A stretch of DNA of 64,000 nt from Planctomycetota bacterium (GCA_965248575.1 CBDFJQ010000002.1:3936001-4000000), one strand, 5' to 3'. Shown: positions 38,371 to 48,622, numbered from the stretch's first letter. The notes: generated by a model not told the origin, from the letters alone. Numbers and translations are program-made.

Positions 38371-38650
38371 GGCAGCTTCCGGTGGCGTGGGAGACTGTGC
38401 GATACGGACGGCAGCGGGGTGCTGTTTTGAGAAACTGGAAGCGTCATCTGTTCGCCATGTGCTGCCCGTGGTCGACACCCGCCATGCCGGCCCCCCGTCG
38501 ACTGGGCTTCGGAAGAGTCAGACCTTCGGACCGTGAGCCGAAAGTCGGGTTCGGTGAGCGATCCACTGCTGGCAGGAACAGCCTCACTCCCGCAGGATGC
38601 GTGCGACGCTGGCTTCACCGATGTCATTCCGTGAGCACACTTTTATGAGC

Positions 38651-39364
38651 ATGAAGACGACCAAGCAGGTCATGGCTGCCCTCAAGAACGCGGGCGATCC
38701 GCTCCGCATCCAGACATACGCCAAACACGGCGCACCGCCCGAGCAGATGTTCGGCGTGAGCGTGGCCGACATGAAGGTCATCGCGAAGAAGATCAAGGGG
38801 CAACAGGAGCTTGCCTATGAGCTGTACGCGACCTGCAACGGCGACGCGCAGTATCTCGCAGGCATGGTGGCGGACGGATCGCTCATGACGAAGAGTCTGC
38901 TCGATGCGTGGGCCAGGAAGGCGAGCTGGTCGATGGTGGCGGAGTACACCGTGCCCTGGGTCGCGACCGAGAGTGAGCACGCGCAGTCATTGGCGCTGAA
39001 GTGGATGAAGGCCAAAAAGGAGTCGGTCGCCACGAGCGGCTGGAACACCTACTCCGGCTACGTGGCCGTCACGCCGGACGACGAACTCGACTTGGACCAG
39101 ATCGAAGGCACCCTGGGGCAGATCGAGGGCGGCATCGACGCGGCAATGAACCGGGTCAAGTACACGATGAACGGCTTCGTGATCGCTGTCGGCACCTACG
39201 TCAAACCGCTGTCGAAGCGCGCAGCGGCGACGGCGCGCAAAATCGGCAAGGTGGACGTCCAGATGGGTGGAACATCCTGCAAGGTGCCGTTCGCCAGCGA
39301 GGTCATCACCAAGGCCGCGAAGTCGGGAAGGACCGGGAAGAAACGCAAGACGATCAAATGCTGA
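38651..39364 (+). CDS. DNA alkylation repair (AlkD-like) protein
   Basis: FGVSVADMK, VKYTMNGFVIAVG, MGGTSCKVP. Confidence 0.88.
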   Translation: MKTTKQVMAALKNAGDPLRIQTYAKHGAPPEQMFGVSVADMKVIAKKIKGQQELAYELYATCNGDAQYLAGMVADGSLMTKSLLDAWARKASWSMVAEYTVPWVATESEHAQSLALKWMKAKKESVATSGWNTYSGYVAVTPDDELDLDQIEGTLGQIEGGIDAAMNRVKYTMNGFVIAVGTYVKPLSKRAAATARKIGKVDVQMGGTSCKVPFASEVITKAAKSGRTGKKRKTIKC

Positions 39365-39449
39365 GGTCGGAGGGCCCGTGATGCTCCGAGGTTGGCTTGC
39401 ATAGCAAGTCGGTGCTGTGGGCTGATCTTGTTGGCCGCTGGCCCTTCCC

Positions 39450-40745
39450 TCAGCCCTCGCCAATCGTCAGTGCGATCGCCTCCGAGTACGCCTCCGCGAC
39501 CAGCGGTCCGCTCAAGGGGAAGGCGATGAACTGCACGTACACCTGATAGCCCACCGGGAGGCCGGGGGGCAGCGCCGCCGGGAGCACGTTGCAACCTGGG
39601 CCCATGGAGCCGAAGAACATGATCACCCCGGGGCTGATGAACGGGTCCACGAGCCACTCAGCCCCGAGTCCGAGCAGCGGCGGGCAGATGTAGCCCGACG
39701 GCACGGCGGTGTTGCTGTTGGCCACGCCCACCACCCAGGTGTCTGGCGGCACGTTGTGCACCTCGAGACCGAAGCCCGGGCTGGGGGAGACGCTCGATCC
39801 GAAGGCGTCCACGTGCATGTCGCCAAGTTCCGGAACCCAGTTGGACATGTTCACCCCGTGCAGATTCATCGCCAGGCCCTGGGACTCGTTGCCCGGGAAG
39901 GCGGCGGTGGTGCAGTCGATGGGGTGATGGAAGGGCGTGTCGAATCCCGAAGGCACATTCATGTAGGCGAGGCCGTTTCCGTCCGTCACGACGATGGAGT
40001 CCGGCGTGCCGTCCACGGCATTGGGAGTGGTGACGTCGTAGGCGATGCCGGTCAGTGGCGGCACAACGCAGGCGGGAGCCGTCAACCAACTCACCGTGCA
40101 GCCCGGCATGTCGATGAAGTAGACGGCCCCGAAGTCGTCGCATGCGAAGAGACCCTGGCCGAAGACTGTCCCGGTGTTCCACGCCACGTCCGTGATGGTC
40201 GCGCCGGGCACCGTGTCAGCCACGACGCAGGGCGGCACGAGCACGCTTACCGAGCACGGGCCGTAGCCGAGGCCCGCGATGGACGTGCCGTCCGTGACCC
40301 ACAGGGTTGGCGTGCCGCTCGTGAGCGAGCCCGAGGCGTCCAGACCCATGCCCGTGAGGGGGCCCATGCCGAGCGAGGCTGGTACCTCGAAGGCGCTCAG
40401 GGCCGTGCACGGCGCCGGGCTTCCGCAGGGCGTGTCCCCGACGAACTCGTAGACCACCAGACCGTCCGTCACGAGCACCGTGTCGTTCACGCGGTCGGCC
40501 GCGACATCGCCGAGCAGGCTGCCCGGGGGCACCCCACCCAGCGACGGCACGCCGCAGGCGGAGGCAGCGAGGGAGCACGTCTCGTAGAACGGCCAGGGCC
40601 CCGGGCAGCCGGGGTAGGGTGTCAGCTCCAGCAGCTCCCGCTGTACGAGGTCGACGCCGTAGTAGCGCTGGGCATGGGCATTCGGGGCGGCCAGGCCGAG
40701 GAGCAGGGCTCCGAGAGAGGCCATGAGGGTGGGGCGGGACAGCAT
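39450..40745 (-). CDS. Secreted Cys-rich beta-propeller-like protein with C-terminal beta domain
   Basis: Signal peptide ending AHA; repeated vTDG blades. Confidence 0.75.
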   Translation of the reverse strand: MLSRPTLMASLGALLLGLAAPNAHAQRYYGVDLVQRELLELTPYPGCPGPWPFYETCSLAASACGVPSLGGVPPGSLLGDVAADRVNDTVLVTDGLVVYEFVGDTPCGSPAPCTALSAFEVPASLGMGPLTGMGLDASGSLTSGTPTLWVTDGTSIAGLGYGPCSVSVLVPPCVVADTVPGATITDVAWNTGTVFGQGLFACDDFGAVYFIDMPGCTVSWLTAPACVVPPLTGIAYDVTTPNAVDGTPDSIVVTDGNGLAYMNVPSGFDTPFHHPIDCTTAAFPGNESQGLAMNLHGVNMSNWVPELGDMHVDAFGSSVSPSPGFGLEVHNVPPDTWVVGVANSNTAVPSGYICPPLLGLGAEWLVDPFISPGVIMFFGSMGPGCNVLPAALPPGLPVGYQVYVQFIAFPLSGPLVAEAYSEAIALTIGEG

Positions 40746-40971
40746 GGGAGGTCTCCAGTCGGGCGCGCGACCAGCGCGTCTGTCTTCCTGGTGACCGGGA
40801 GCGGCGACAGCTGGACAGGAAAATCCGAGTGGCGTAGCGGCACCGACCGGCGATTGCACGCCTCCTGCTCCAGTACGGTGCAAGTTACCGTGCAGCATGC
40901 GACTCTTCCGGCAAGGACAGCACTCGATGAGATTCAGAATGAGAAATCTGGCCACGGCTTGGAAGAAGGCC

Positions 40972-41469
40972 ATGAGGCGAGCGCCCGAGCGCGTGGCGCC
41001 ATGCAGCCCAGCCCTCGCGGCCCTTGCTCTGCTCTTGGTCGCCTGCGGGAGTTCCGCTGGAACGAGGTCCCCCAGCGTCGAGTTCCTGACGTCCGAAGAG
41101 ACACTTTCGCTTTCTCTGCCATTCTCGGACGCCGTTCGAGTCGGCCACCTGCTGTTTGTCTCTGGTCAGGTCGGCAATCTGCCCGGGTCCCTGGATCTGG
41201 CTTCGGGCGGAATGCAGGCAGAGGCGCGGCAAGCACTCGAGAACATCCGCTCGATCCTGGTGCGAAGTGGCTCAAGCATGGATCGCGTGGTCAAGTGCAC
41301 CGTCTTCCTCGCGGACATGGCGGACTGGCCGGACTTCAACACGGTCTACCTCGAGTTCTTTCCGGACCACCCGCCAGCGCGCAGTGCGCTCGGTGCCAAC
41401 GGGCTGGCGCTCGGAGCGCGTGTCGAGATCGAGTGCATCGCGGTTTGCGACGAGCAAGACCTCCAGTGA
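40972..41469 (+). CDS. RidA/YjgF-family protein with lipoprotein-like signal
   Basis: PFSDAV, VSGQ, VVKCTVFL, PARS, VEIE; N-terminal LLVAC. Confidence 0.9.
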   Translation: MRRAPERVAPCSPALAALALLLVACGSSAGTRSPSVEFLTSEETLSLSLPFSDAVRVGHLLFVSGQVGNLPGSLDLASGGMQAEARQALENIRSILVRSGSSMDRVVKCTVFLADMADWPDFNTVYLEFFPDHPPARSALGANGLALGARVEIECIAVCDEQDLQ

Positions 41470-41527
41470 AGACACCGAGTGAGAGATCGGTCCGGCAGCT
41501 GATCGACACGCCCCCAGCAGGGAGGAT

Positions 41528-41905
41528 GTGATGCGGGATGCAGCCCAACGATCGACCACCGACCCGGTGCTCTGGGCCTGCGCGTTGATTCCGGCCGCAG
41601 GTCTGTTCGCTTTCTACAGCTTTGTCGCGCGGGCGCGCCTCGCGCTGGGGGTTTGGCCGCAGCCGTACCGGCCCGACCCGAAGGACCTGGGGTTCGTGCT
41701 CCACCACGAGCTCGTCTGGTTGCTCTTGGGGGCGGCACTCCTCTCGCCCGTGGCGTTGGGCCTGAGTCTTCTTCTACGTCGCACGGCGCTGCTACGGGGG
41801 AGGCCAGTGCGCCGCGCGCTCTCCGTGTTTGCCGTCGGCTATCTGCTCGTGTGTTTCGCCCTGGTCAAAGATCCGGGGGCGTTTCTGGAGTGGCTCGCTG
41901 ACTGA
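41528..41905 (+). CDS. Small membrane protein
   Basis: 3 TM helices; DPK and DPG..EW.D motifs. Confidence 0.7.
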   Translation: MMRDAAQRSTTDPVLWACALIPAAGLFAFYSFVARARLALGVWPQPYRPDPKDLGFVLHHELVWLLLGAALLSPVALGLSLLLRRTALLRGRPVRRALSVFAVGYLLVCFALVKDPGAFLEWLAD

Positions 41906-42144
41906 CGCCATGAGAAGGTCGGCAACGCGTCCTCGACGCTGGCGGGCCGTCGAGCAACCCTCGGCCTCGAAGAGTGAACCGTGCAGTCCATCAATCTCAT
42001 CCGAGAGCCAGGCAAGAGCGAACATCGGTACACGACTCCGCTTGTTTGCGAGTGGCGATCGCAGCAGAATCGAGGTCAGGAGTCGCTATCGCCAGGCCTT
42101 GGGGCGTCTCTGGGCATTGCGGATCGACGTGGAGCGTGGGTGGC

Positions 42145-42735
42145 ATGAAGACGTTGTTGACCCTCATCGCGCTGGCGTTGCTCGGCGCCTTTCTCGTGCT
42201 CGGATCCATCTCGGACAAGCGGGTCCCTCCGGGCAGCCTGGTCCGACCGGGCGGGCTGGACCCTTCGGGAGGTCCAGCCTTCGAGGTGTACGTCGTGAAG
42301 CCCCGCGTGAACCGACCCTTTGCAGGGCTGCTCCCAGACGGCATCTTCGGACTTCCTTCCAGCGAGCTGCGTTTCGATCACACGGGCCTTGGCGCCGAGA
42401 TCCGCCGCGTTGAAGAGGATCGCCTCGAGCTCAGCGGGAATGGTTGGGAACTGCTGATCGAGACGGACGGCGAAGGGAGGGTCGCTCCAGGAACGCGCAT
42501 CGTGTTCCCGTTGGAGCTCGGGGGTCAGCAGCGCATCCTGCGCTGTCGACCTGAAGCGCTGGCCTCCGCCGAACTCATCATTACGACGCGGGAGGACTCG
42601 GACGAACTCGACGGGAGCTTCCTGGTCGAATTCGCCAGCTGCGAGATTGCGGAGTCGCAGAAGGCCATCGAGTGGCCGTCGGCGCCGCTCACCGTCCACG
42701 GGAGCTTCGTGGGGGCGTCGAGCGTGTCACGATGA
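42145..42735 (+). CDS. Hypothetical exported protein
   Basis: Signal MKTLLTLIALALLG. Confidence 0.7.
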   Translation: MKTLLTLIALALLGAFLVLGSISDKRVPPGSLVRPGGLDPSGGPAFEVYVVKPRVNRPFAGLLPDGIFGLPSSELRFDHTGLGAEIRRVEEDRLELSGNGWELLIETDGEGRVAPGTRIVFPLELGGQQRILRCRPEALASAELIITTREDSDELDGSFLVEFASCEIAESQKAIEWPSAPLTVHGSFVGASSVSR

Positions 42736-43283
42736 CAAACAACGGATTCCTGAAGAGGCACGGCGTCGTGCGGAGCTCCATCAAGAAAGACCTGCTGCAG
42801 TTCGCGTTGCCTGGAATGACCCTCTTCATCATCGAGCTGCAGTTCTGCGGACGAGAGAGTCTGAGGGGGTTCTGGGGGACTCTCTGGGGGCTGATCACAC
42901 ATCCGGCAACCCTGCTCGAGTTTCCGGTGCACGGCCTCATCGGGCTGGGTCTCTTCGTTGCGGGGCTGTCCACCATGCTGGTGGGCCAGATCACGCTCTG
43001 GAGGAACTATTCAGGCACCGTGCTGATTCGAAAGGACCACCGGCTCATCGCGCACGGCATCTACCGCTTCACCCGGAACCCCATCTATCTCGGCCTCATC
43101 ATGGGCCTCCTGGGTCTGCCTGTTTACGCAGCAAGCCTGTATGGGTTCTTGACTGCCTTGGTCCTCATCCCGGTCATCCTCAACAGGGTCAGGTTGGAAG
43201 AGGAGTTGCTGGGCGAGGAGTTTCAACAGGCGTATCAGGAGTACATGAAGAGAACCAAGAGGCTGATTCCCTTCATCTATTAG
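42732..43283 (+). CDS. Isoprenylcysteine carboxyl methyltransferase/PEMT-family protein
   Basis: GIYRFTRNPIYLG, EEELL, Y.EY. Confidence 0.9.
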   Translation: MTNNGFLKRHGVVRSSIKKDLLQFALPGMTLFIIELQFCGRESLRGFWGTLWGLITHPATLLEFPVHGLIGLGLFVAGLSTMLVGQITLWRNYSGTVLIRKDHRLIAHGIYRFTRNPIYLGLIMGLLGLPVYAASLYGFLTALVLIPVILNRVRLEEELLGEEFQQAYQEYMKRTKRLIPFIY

Positions 43284-43309
43284 AGGTGTGGCGCGGGTGG
43301 TCCTGGAGA

Positions 43310-43867
43310 ATGGCAATGACTGATCGACGGGTAGCACTGCTCCGCGGAATCAATGTCGGCAAGGCGAAGCGCATTGCGATGGCGGATCTCAGGGAGCTTT
43401 TCGCCGAGCTGGGCTACCTCGACGTCCGGACGCTGCTGAACAGCGGCAACGTCGTCTTCACCGTGGCCAAGAAGCGTGCTGGCGACGAGAGCGCCCGGAT
43501 CGAGAAGGCGATCGCCGATCAGTTGGGCGTCGAGACGAAGGTGACGGTGCTCACGGGGAAGGAAGTCGCAGAGGCGGTGCGCAAGAACCCGCTGAACGAT
43601 GTCGCGGACAACCCGTCGCGCCTCTTGATCATGGCACTGCGAGACTCGAAGACCGGTGCGAAGATCAAGCCACTGCTCAAGCAGAGCTGGGCGCCGGAGG
43701 CCTTGGAGGTTGGGAAGCGTTTCGCGTACTTGTGGTGCCCGAACGGCATCCTCGACAGTCGGCTCGGTCCTGCCGTGAACCGACTCGCTGGCAACGCCGG
43801 CACGTCACGGAACCTCAAGACGATGGAGAAGCTCCTGGCCCTGGTCGAAGGCGCAGAGGGCCGGTAG
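43310..43867 (+). CDS. DUF1697-family protein
   Basis: ALLRGINVG, MADLR, SGNVVF, TSRN. Confidence 0.92.
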   Translation: MAMTDRRVALLRGINVGKAKRIAMADLRELFAELGYLDVRTLLNSGNVVFTVAKKRAGDESARIEKAIADQLGVETKVTVLTGKEVAEAVRKNPLNDVADNPSRLLIMALRDSKTGAKIKPLLKQSWAPEALEVGKRFAYLWCPNGILDSRLGPAVNRLAGNAGTSRNLKTMEKLLALVEGAEGR

Positions 43868-44006
43868 ACCGACACCCGTTAGACTGGGGCACTCAGTGGT
43901 CGGCGCGGGCGGCTGAGTCGTGAGCACACTGAGCGCATGAAGCTGGCTGGGTTTGTGAGCAACGATCCCATCACGAGGGGGCTCAACCATCGAGAAGACC
44001 CGACTT

Positions 44007-44417
44007 GTGCACTTCATCCTCTACGTCCAGGACCAACAGCGAAGCGCCCAGTTCTACGCGCTCGCCCTGGCTGCAAAACCGGCCCTGGATGTCCCTGGCA
44101 TGACCCAGTTCGAATTGCCGGGGGACGCGTTGCTCGGCTTGATGCCAGAGGCTGGGGTCAGGCGCTTGCTGGGCGATGTTCTCCCTGACCCTGCAAATGC
44201 CAACGCTGCTCCGCGTGCTGAGCTCTACCTGGTCGTGCCCGACCCCATGACCGCGCTCCAACGGGCTGTTGATGGAGGGGCCAGGCTCTTGAGCGAGGTC
44301 CAGCCACGAGACTGGGGACACGCAGCGGGTTATTGCCTGGACCCTGATGGGCACGTCTTGGCGTTTGCAGCTGAGCTTGCTTCTACACAAGACGTGCTTG
44401 CTGAAGATGCTTGCTGA
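44007..44417 (+). CDS. VOC/glyoxalase-family protein
   Basis: ILYVQDQ.RS..FY, RDWGH..YCLDPDGH. Confidence 0.88.
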   Translation: MHFILYVQDQQRSAQFYALALAAKPALDVPGMTQFELPGDALLGLMPEAGVRRLLGDVLPDPANANAAPRAELYLVVPDPMTALQRAVDGGARLLSEVQPRDWGHAAGYCLDPDGHVLAFAAELASTQDVLAEDAC

Positions 44418-44546
44418 AGCGCTCGACAGCGCTCGTTGGCGCGGATGTGATGGCTGCCGGCCTTCCGGGAACGACCTTCGCGGAGTGCCGTAGACTGGGG
44501 CCAGTGTGCGCTGGCACCGTGCTGTGATTGACGAGCGGAGAACCCC

Positions 44547-44960
44547 ATGACCCTGGCGTACGAAGAACGCATCCGACTCGCCAACGACGAGCTCATCAGC
44601 AAGGGCAGGCTCGCGATGGTGGGGGAGATCTTTGCACCCGACTACATCCTGCACTCCGGTGGCAAGCGGGCCACGGGCACCGACTTCGTGAAGCGCTTCA
44701 TTCGCCAGCTTCGTGTGGCGCTGCCGGATGTGCGCGTCGAGAAGGTGGAGTTCTTCCTGCGGCACGGGAAGACGGTGGCCTGGGAGCGAACCTTGAGCGG
44801 CACGCATGCGAAACCCCTGAAGGGGATCCCGGCCAGCGGGAATCGGGTGGAATGGCGGGACATGATGGTCTCGCGCTTCGAGGGCGAGAAGATCGCCGAG
44901 GAATGGTCTGTCTCCGAGCTGGCGGGGCAGTTGCTCCTCGCGCTTCCACGGGTCAAATGA
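44547..44960 (+). CDS. SnoaL-like ester cyclase
   Basis: GTH..LKGIPASG.RVEW, KIAEEW. Confidence 0.88.
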   Translation: MTLAYEERIRLANDELISKGRLAMVGEIFAPDYILHSGGKRATGTDFVKRFIRQLRVALPDVRVEKVEFFLRHGKTVAWERTLSGTHAKPLKGIPASGNRVEWRDMMVSRFEGEKIAEEWSVSELAGQLLLALPRVK

Positions 44961-45206
44961 CTCAGCGACAATTTGCCAGTGATCTCTCGGGGCGCCTCTC
45001 AAGGCGGGGGCTAGGCCCCCGATCCGGCTCTCTGGGGACATTCTGGGCATTCTCCGAACAGTTGGACGCTCGGGTGGCTTGTTGCTGAGGTTGGCTGATC
45101 GGGCATCTCGGAGTAATATCCTCTGCCGCACATGTGCTGCTGCACTGCGAGCATCAGGGGTGTTCGCGCCATCCGGTCGCCGGGCAGGTCGACTGGAACC
45201 CTCTCC

Positions 45207-45644
45207 ATGGACATTTTTGTGCTGACCTGCCGCACCCTTGCCTGGTTGCTCATCGGGGCACTTCTCGTGCCCGCTCCGATGGTCATGCATGGCCTCCCGA
45301 CTTGGGGACAGGTCGGCTTGGGTTCGTCGAGCAGCGCGACTGCGGACGCCTGCAACTGCGAGATTCCGCCGGACGCCGTCTGCTGCTCGAGTGATGAGCA
45401 GTTGATCACTCCAGCGCAATCCGTCCCCTCCAGCGTGCAAATGCTGGTGGGTTGCGGTTGCGGCTGCGGTTCTGCTGGAGAAGGAAGCGCCGTCCTGCCG
45501 GATCCACTCGGCCGTCTGCAATTCGTTGTGGGCATCACTCACGATTCGCTTCTGGTGCCGCTTCCGCGCGCACACGGAATCGGGGAAGACCCGAAGGAAC
45601 ATCGCGATGGACCGGAACCGCCTCCTCCCCGATGCGCGATTTGA
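45207..45644 (+). CDS. Small Cys-rich protein ending PEPPPPR
   Basis: Hydrophobic N-terminus, CNC/CC/CGCGC clusters. Confidence 0.6.
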   Translation: MDIFVLTCRTLAWLLIGALLVPAPMVMHGLPTWGQVGLGSSSSATADACNCEIPPDAVCCSSDEQLITPAQSVPSSVQMLVGCGCGCGSAGEGSAVLPDPLGRLQFVVGITHDSLLVPLPRAHGIGEDPKEHRDGPEPPPPRCAI

Positions 45645-45890
45645 TCTGGAGCGGCAATCGGTCCCAGCTTGAGTGAAGGCTGAGGCACCGCTCGCTCGAC
45701 GTGCACTGTTTCGTGCACGCCGTGTGTCGCTGCCCCCGCGATTCCGCGAAGCGCCAGCAGTCCTCAGTGTTGAGAACGCCCGCGCTCGCAACCGGTGCGA
45801 TGTGAACTTTTTCCGGTCGCGCCCCAAATCTGCACATCACCGTTTCATAGCGGTCATCTCAGTACTTTCATCTTTCCTAGGAACAACACC

Positions 45891-46310
45891 ATGAAGATCA
45901 TTCTCAGTGCCGCAGTTCTTCTCTTCGCCATGTCCACGGCCAGCGTCGCTTCCGTGGGAGCCATTTCTGGCACCGCCGCTGGCGTGTTGGAGTCGGTCGC
46001 CATTCTTCAGCACGAGTGGCTTCACGATGAGTACGGATCATCCTTCGGGTCACACGGCTTGGAAGAGGCGGCCACGGATCTCTACGCGGGCCTTCTCGAT
46101 TGGGAAGCGGGCGGGCTCACGACCGAGGCCGATCTGTTCGGCTTCAAGGTCGTGCTCGACAACGCCTACTTGAGCTACACCCAGAGCATCGCTCTTGCGG
46201 GTGTGCTCGGCCAGGGCGATGCCACGGCCGACCTGTACGACAAGGTGATCGGCAACATGTTCTTGCGCTTGAGCTTCAGCCTGAACAACCTGGATCCCTT
46301 CGGTACCTGA
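45891..46310 (+). CDS. Secreted hypothetical helical protein
   Basis: Signal MKIILSAAVLLFAMSTASVA; AGGAA RBS. Confidence 0.75.
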   Translation: MKIILSAAVLLFAMSTASVASVGAISGTAAGVLESVAILQHEWLHDEYGSSFGSHGLEEAATDLYAGLLDWEAGGLTTEADLFGFKVVLDNAYLSYTQSIALAGVLGQGDATADLYDKVIGNMFLRLSFSLNNLDPFGT

Positions 46311-46346
46311 GAAACCCGAAGCATCCGATGTCTTGAGTAACCCCGG

Positions 46347-46382
46347 AGCCCGGGTCGGAAAGTCTGCTTTCCGGCCCGGGCT
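46347..46382 (+). terminator. Stem-loop terminator candidate
   Basis: agcccgggtcggaaag-tctg-ctttccggcccgggct after the stop at 46310. Confidence 0.6.
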
Positions 46383-46469
46383 TCGACTGTCTTGTCGGCG
46401 CTCCCGCTGGCAAGCTGTCGCCGTCGTGCACGACCACTTCGAACGCCTGGCCTGGGTGAGGGAACGCCT

Positions 46470-46898
46470 GTGTTACGTGAGTACCAAGCCCCGGATCTAG
46501 AGCCTCTCCTCAACACCTGGGCGGCCGCTTCGACGCAGGCGCATCCGTTCCTCACGGCCGAGTTTCAGGCCCAGGAGCGCCTCAACATCCCGAACCTCTA
46601 TCTTCCGAACGCGGAAACCTGGGTCTGGGAGGAGCAGGGTCGCGTCGTGGCCTTCATCGCACTTCTGGGAGATGAGGTCGGAGCGCTCTTCGTGGATCCC
46701 GCGCAGCAGCGAAAGGGCATTGGTCGTGCCTTGATGGACCACGCGCAGTCCTTGCGAGGCCAGCTCGAAGTGGAGGTGTTCAAGGAGAACGCACTCGGTC
46801 GGAGCTTCTATGCGAGCTACGGGTTCGAGCTGATGCATGAGAATCTCCACGAACCGACGGGGCAGCAGGTCCTGCGGCTGCGGTTCTCGGAGACCTGA
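46470..46898 (+). CDS. GNAT acetyltransferase (YjaB-like)
   Basis: AHPFL, LFVDPAQQRKGIG, FY..YGF. Confidence 0.9.
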   Translation: MLREYQAPDLEPLLNTWAAASTQAHPFLTAEFQAQERLNIPNLYLPNAETWVWEEQGRVVAFIALLGDEVGALFVDPAQQRKGIGRALMDHAQSLRGQLEVEVFKENALGRSFYASYGFELMHENLHEPTGQQVLRLRFSET

Positions 46899-47123
46899 TG
46901 GGTGCCGAACAGCAGGCGTCCGGCACCGCGTCCTGGAGGTCTCGCTGGTGAAGGGTGGGCACGGCTCAAGCACCGAGCGGAACGGGAACAGCGGCCGTTC
47001 GAGAGGTGTTATCTTCGAGGCCAAGGGCACGGTGATGGAAAAGGAGCGGGCTGCCCTCAGCGATGGGTCAACGTGGTTGCACCTGTCGGTCATCGAAGTC
47101 GCTCCCCGAGCGAGAAGAGGGCC

Positions 47124-47648
47124 ATGCACACGGCTGGACGTTTCATCCGTCTCCTGGTTTCGGCGACTTGTCTGGTCGCGCTAGGGGCCAATGCACTCGT
47201 GGCCATCCCAGCGCTGAAGGCCGAGCGCATCACGCTTGAGAGCCGGGGGGACAACGGCCCTTACGGCAAGAGCGCCTACAGCTTCCGGTATCGCAGCCAG
47301 AAGCTTGAGGGCCATCGAAATTAGGTCGACCTCGTCTTCAACGGCTGTGGCAACGTGCACATCTTGAGCGGTGGTGCGACCAATCGGGTCGCCGAGGTGG
47401 AAGGCAAGAAGCTGGAGAAGGTGAGCGAGCTTCCATCCAGCGGATGGTTGACCAGGTGTTTCACGCCGCGAAAGTCAGCGCTGTACGTGATGCAGATCGA
47501 AGACGAGCAGCAGAAGTTCGCCGTCAAGTTCCGCGTCGTGGAGGCCAAGCCCAGCAAGGTGGTTTTGGAATGGTTGCCGTTCACGGAAGAGCCCAAGGAC
47601 GAGCGCGGAACGCAGGGGCAATGTGGTGGTGCCCATGAGTGTTCCTGA
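47124..47648 (+). pseudogene. Exported protein interrupted by in-frame TAG (47322-47324)
   Basis: ORFs 46902-47324 and 47355-47648 share a frame; reads GHRN*VDLVFNGCGNVHI. Confidence 0.65.
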
Positions 47649-47695
47649 GCGCCATGACCACGGCCTGCTCTGGCGCTGGCGCAGGGTGCAGAACA

Positions 47696-48076
47696 ATGAC
47701 TGAGCCGCTGAGCCTTGCCGGACGAATCGCTAGCGTGAGATGCGCACTCCACGGCGTCTGGCATGTGCTCAAGTCGCAGCACAATGCCTGGATTCATGCC
47801 GCGGCGACGCTCGCTGTGCTCGGGCTGGGTCTGGGGCTCGGCCTCGGGGCTCTTGAATGGGCGTTGATGCTCATGGCCATCGCGTCGGTCTGGGCTGCGG
47901 AGGCCTTCAACACGGCCGTGGAGCTTCTCGCGGATGTCGTCTCGCCAGACGTTCACCCCGTCATCGGGAAAGCCAAGGATGTCGCAGCCGGCGCGGTTCT
48001 CATCACGGTCCTGGGCGCGGTTGCCGTAGGTGTGTTCGTGTTGGGCCCTCACGTCCAGCTTGCGCTGGGCGCTTGA
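47696..48076 (+). CDS. dgkA: Diacylglycerol/undecaprenol kinase family
   Basis: NAWIH, AEAFNTAVE, AKDVAAGAV. Confidence 0.92.
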   Translation: MTEPLSLAGRIASVRCALHGVWHVLKSQHNAWIHAAATLAVLGLGLGLGLGALEWALMLMAIASVWAAEAFNTAVELLADVVSPDVHPVIGKAKDVAAGAVLITVLGAVAVGVFVLGPHVQLALGA

Positions 48077-48080
48077 AGTC

Positions 48081-48410
48081 ATGACGGCGCACCCGACAAC
48101 TCAACTGTTGCAGCACTTCCTTGCTGCCCTTGCCTACCGCACGCAGAAAGCGGTTCGCGATGCGCCTGTGTCCTACCCCGAGTTCCGTATCGCGGCCAAC
48201 GTCCGGACACCTCATGAGCTCATCTGGCACATGACGGGCGTCATCGGCTACGCCGCCAGCTTGTTCCGTGGCGAGCCCATGCGTCCGGATCAGCTCGGGT
48301 CGTTCCAAGCGGAGCTCCAGCGTTTCCACGCAACCCTCGAGGCGCTCGCGCAGCTGTTGGAAACCCAGGAGCTTCCCGAGCGGACGACAGCCAAGCAGGT
48401 GCAGGGATGA
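48081..48410 (+). pseudogene. DinB-like protein, apparently C-terminally truncated
   Basis: LAALAYR, TP.ELIWHM; ends at QVQG without the final His-bearing helix. Confidence 0.55.
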
Positions 48411-48622
48411 AGTCCTGGATCTGGATGATCGGCCTGGCGGTCGTGAGCCTGGGCTTTGGTGCCCTGTGCGTCTGGATGGGCAGCGCCATGCAACAGGTCT
48501 AGGCCCTGCCCTCGTGGCTGAAGCACGACGAGGTCAACGGAACCCAAGAGCTGTTCATGTTCGCCTGGGCGTTTGCTGTCGGCGTCGGTGCGCATCGCGC
48601 GACCTCGACCAAGAAGAGCTGA
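48407..48622 (+). pseudogene. Small 2-TM ORF with in-frame TAG (48500-48502)
   Basis: MKSWIWMIGLAVV...QQV*ALPSWLKHDEVNGTQELFMFAWAFAVGVG... Confidence 0.45.

Noticed and set aside
43983..45827. Long antisense ORFs (e.g. 43983-45827, 29746-31656, 5343-6887)
   Set aside because: Shadow frames of high-GC genes with no motifs, overlapping better-supported CDS.
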